Source: Escherichia phage fDHCT2. Taken from it: a stretch of DNA of 64,000 nt. The notes beneath the pieces are model-generated. The model had not been told where the DNA came from. It did not search any database and saw only the letters and a list, made by a program, of their open reading frames with translations. Made by a program: the position numbers and the translations under genes. Location of the stretch: the sequence record OR427838.1. One strand, written 5' to 3'. Positions within the stretch are counted from its first letter, which is position 1; each line of letters begins with the position of its first letter. Below, one piece after another: positions 63,538 through 64,000 of this stretch.

Positions 63538-63582
63538 GGACCTAGACCCATTATATCACACCTAAATTTAAAGCATATTACT
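63538..63582 (-). promoter_or_regulatory. middle promoter (MotA box ATGCTTTAAA, -10 TATAAT) for rnlB
   Basis: Minus strand ATGCTTTAAA-13nt-TATAAT-GGGTCTAGGTCC. Confidence 0.55.
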
Positions 63583-63826
63583 TTGAACCAGAACGCGCTT
63601 TGCGCCGAACCTTGTTGTTCAATCTTTTACGATAAACAACCTTTTCTTTCGCTTTAAATTTGGCCTTGGCTTGTTCTACATCAACCCATGCTTTGGCCAT
63701 ATCCTTAGCGGTCCCGCCCATTTTTTTAGCAATTTCTATAAAATTCAACCCGGATTCGTGTAAAAAATGTACTTTAACCTTGTCCATAACAATTCTCTCG
63801 TTGAGTTGGTAAACCCATCTTAACAT
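63578..63826 (-). CDS. small basic hypothetical protein (24.2/24.3 position)
   Basis: 82-aa ORF; MotA-box middle promoter overlaps its 3' end. Confidence 0.45.
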   Translation of the reverse strand: MLRWVYQLNERIVMDKVKVHFLHESGLNFIEIAKKMGGTAKDMAKAWVDVEQAKAKFKAKEKVVYRKRLNNKVRRKARSGSK

Positions 63827-63859
63827 AGGATTTTTAACTTGTAAACAGGAATTTTGTAC

Positions 63860-63886
63860 TTTAATGCAAAATGGGCCTTGCGGCCC
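63860..63886 (-). terminator. terminator-like hairpin GGGCCGCAAGGCCC + U-rich tract
   Basis: Hairpin followed by AUUUUGCAUU on minus strand. Confidence 0.45.
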
Positions 63887-64000
63887 ATAATTAGTAAACG
63901 TAATCGTATATAATACCAGCTTCTAAAGCGGTGCGATGAATAATTCGACCATTACGAGATTCTTGTACATCAACCTCTGGATAGTCGGTAATCATTTTTT

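Overview
This window is a segment of a T4-like (Tevenvirinae-type) myovirus genome, recognised from protein sequence and gene order. Positions 1-30607 are a leftward-transcribed (minus strand) early/middle region with many small ORFs: rI, tk, regB, denV, e lysozyme, nudE, five internal-protein-like genes sharing the N-terminal MKTYQEF(I/L)xE capsid-targeting sequence, two tRNAs, then 57B, 57A, 1, 3, 2, 4. It is driven by at least 11 sigma70-like early promoters (-35 GTTTAC) and MotA-box middle promoters. Positions 30654-62424 are the rightward late structural module 53-5-(X)-6-7-8-9-10-11-12-wac-13-14-15-16-17-18-19-20-67-68-21-22-23-24 with TATAAATA late promoters and UUCG-type hairpin terminators, followed by rnlB on the minus strand. 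The most unusual items are: a 687-aa ORF between gene 5 and gene 6 in the baseplate hub operon; a tandem array of five paralogous small acidic proteins with a conserved C-terminal W-V-S-S-S-x-E-C tail; the expanded internal-protein set, one copy bracketed by near-identical hairpin repeats; a macro-domain protein; and an adjacent nucleotidyltransferase plus P-loop NTPase pair. All calls rest on reading the sequence and recall of T4 proteins; no database search was run.
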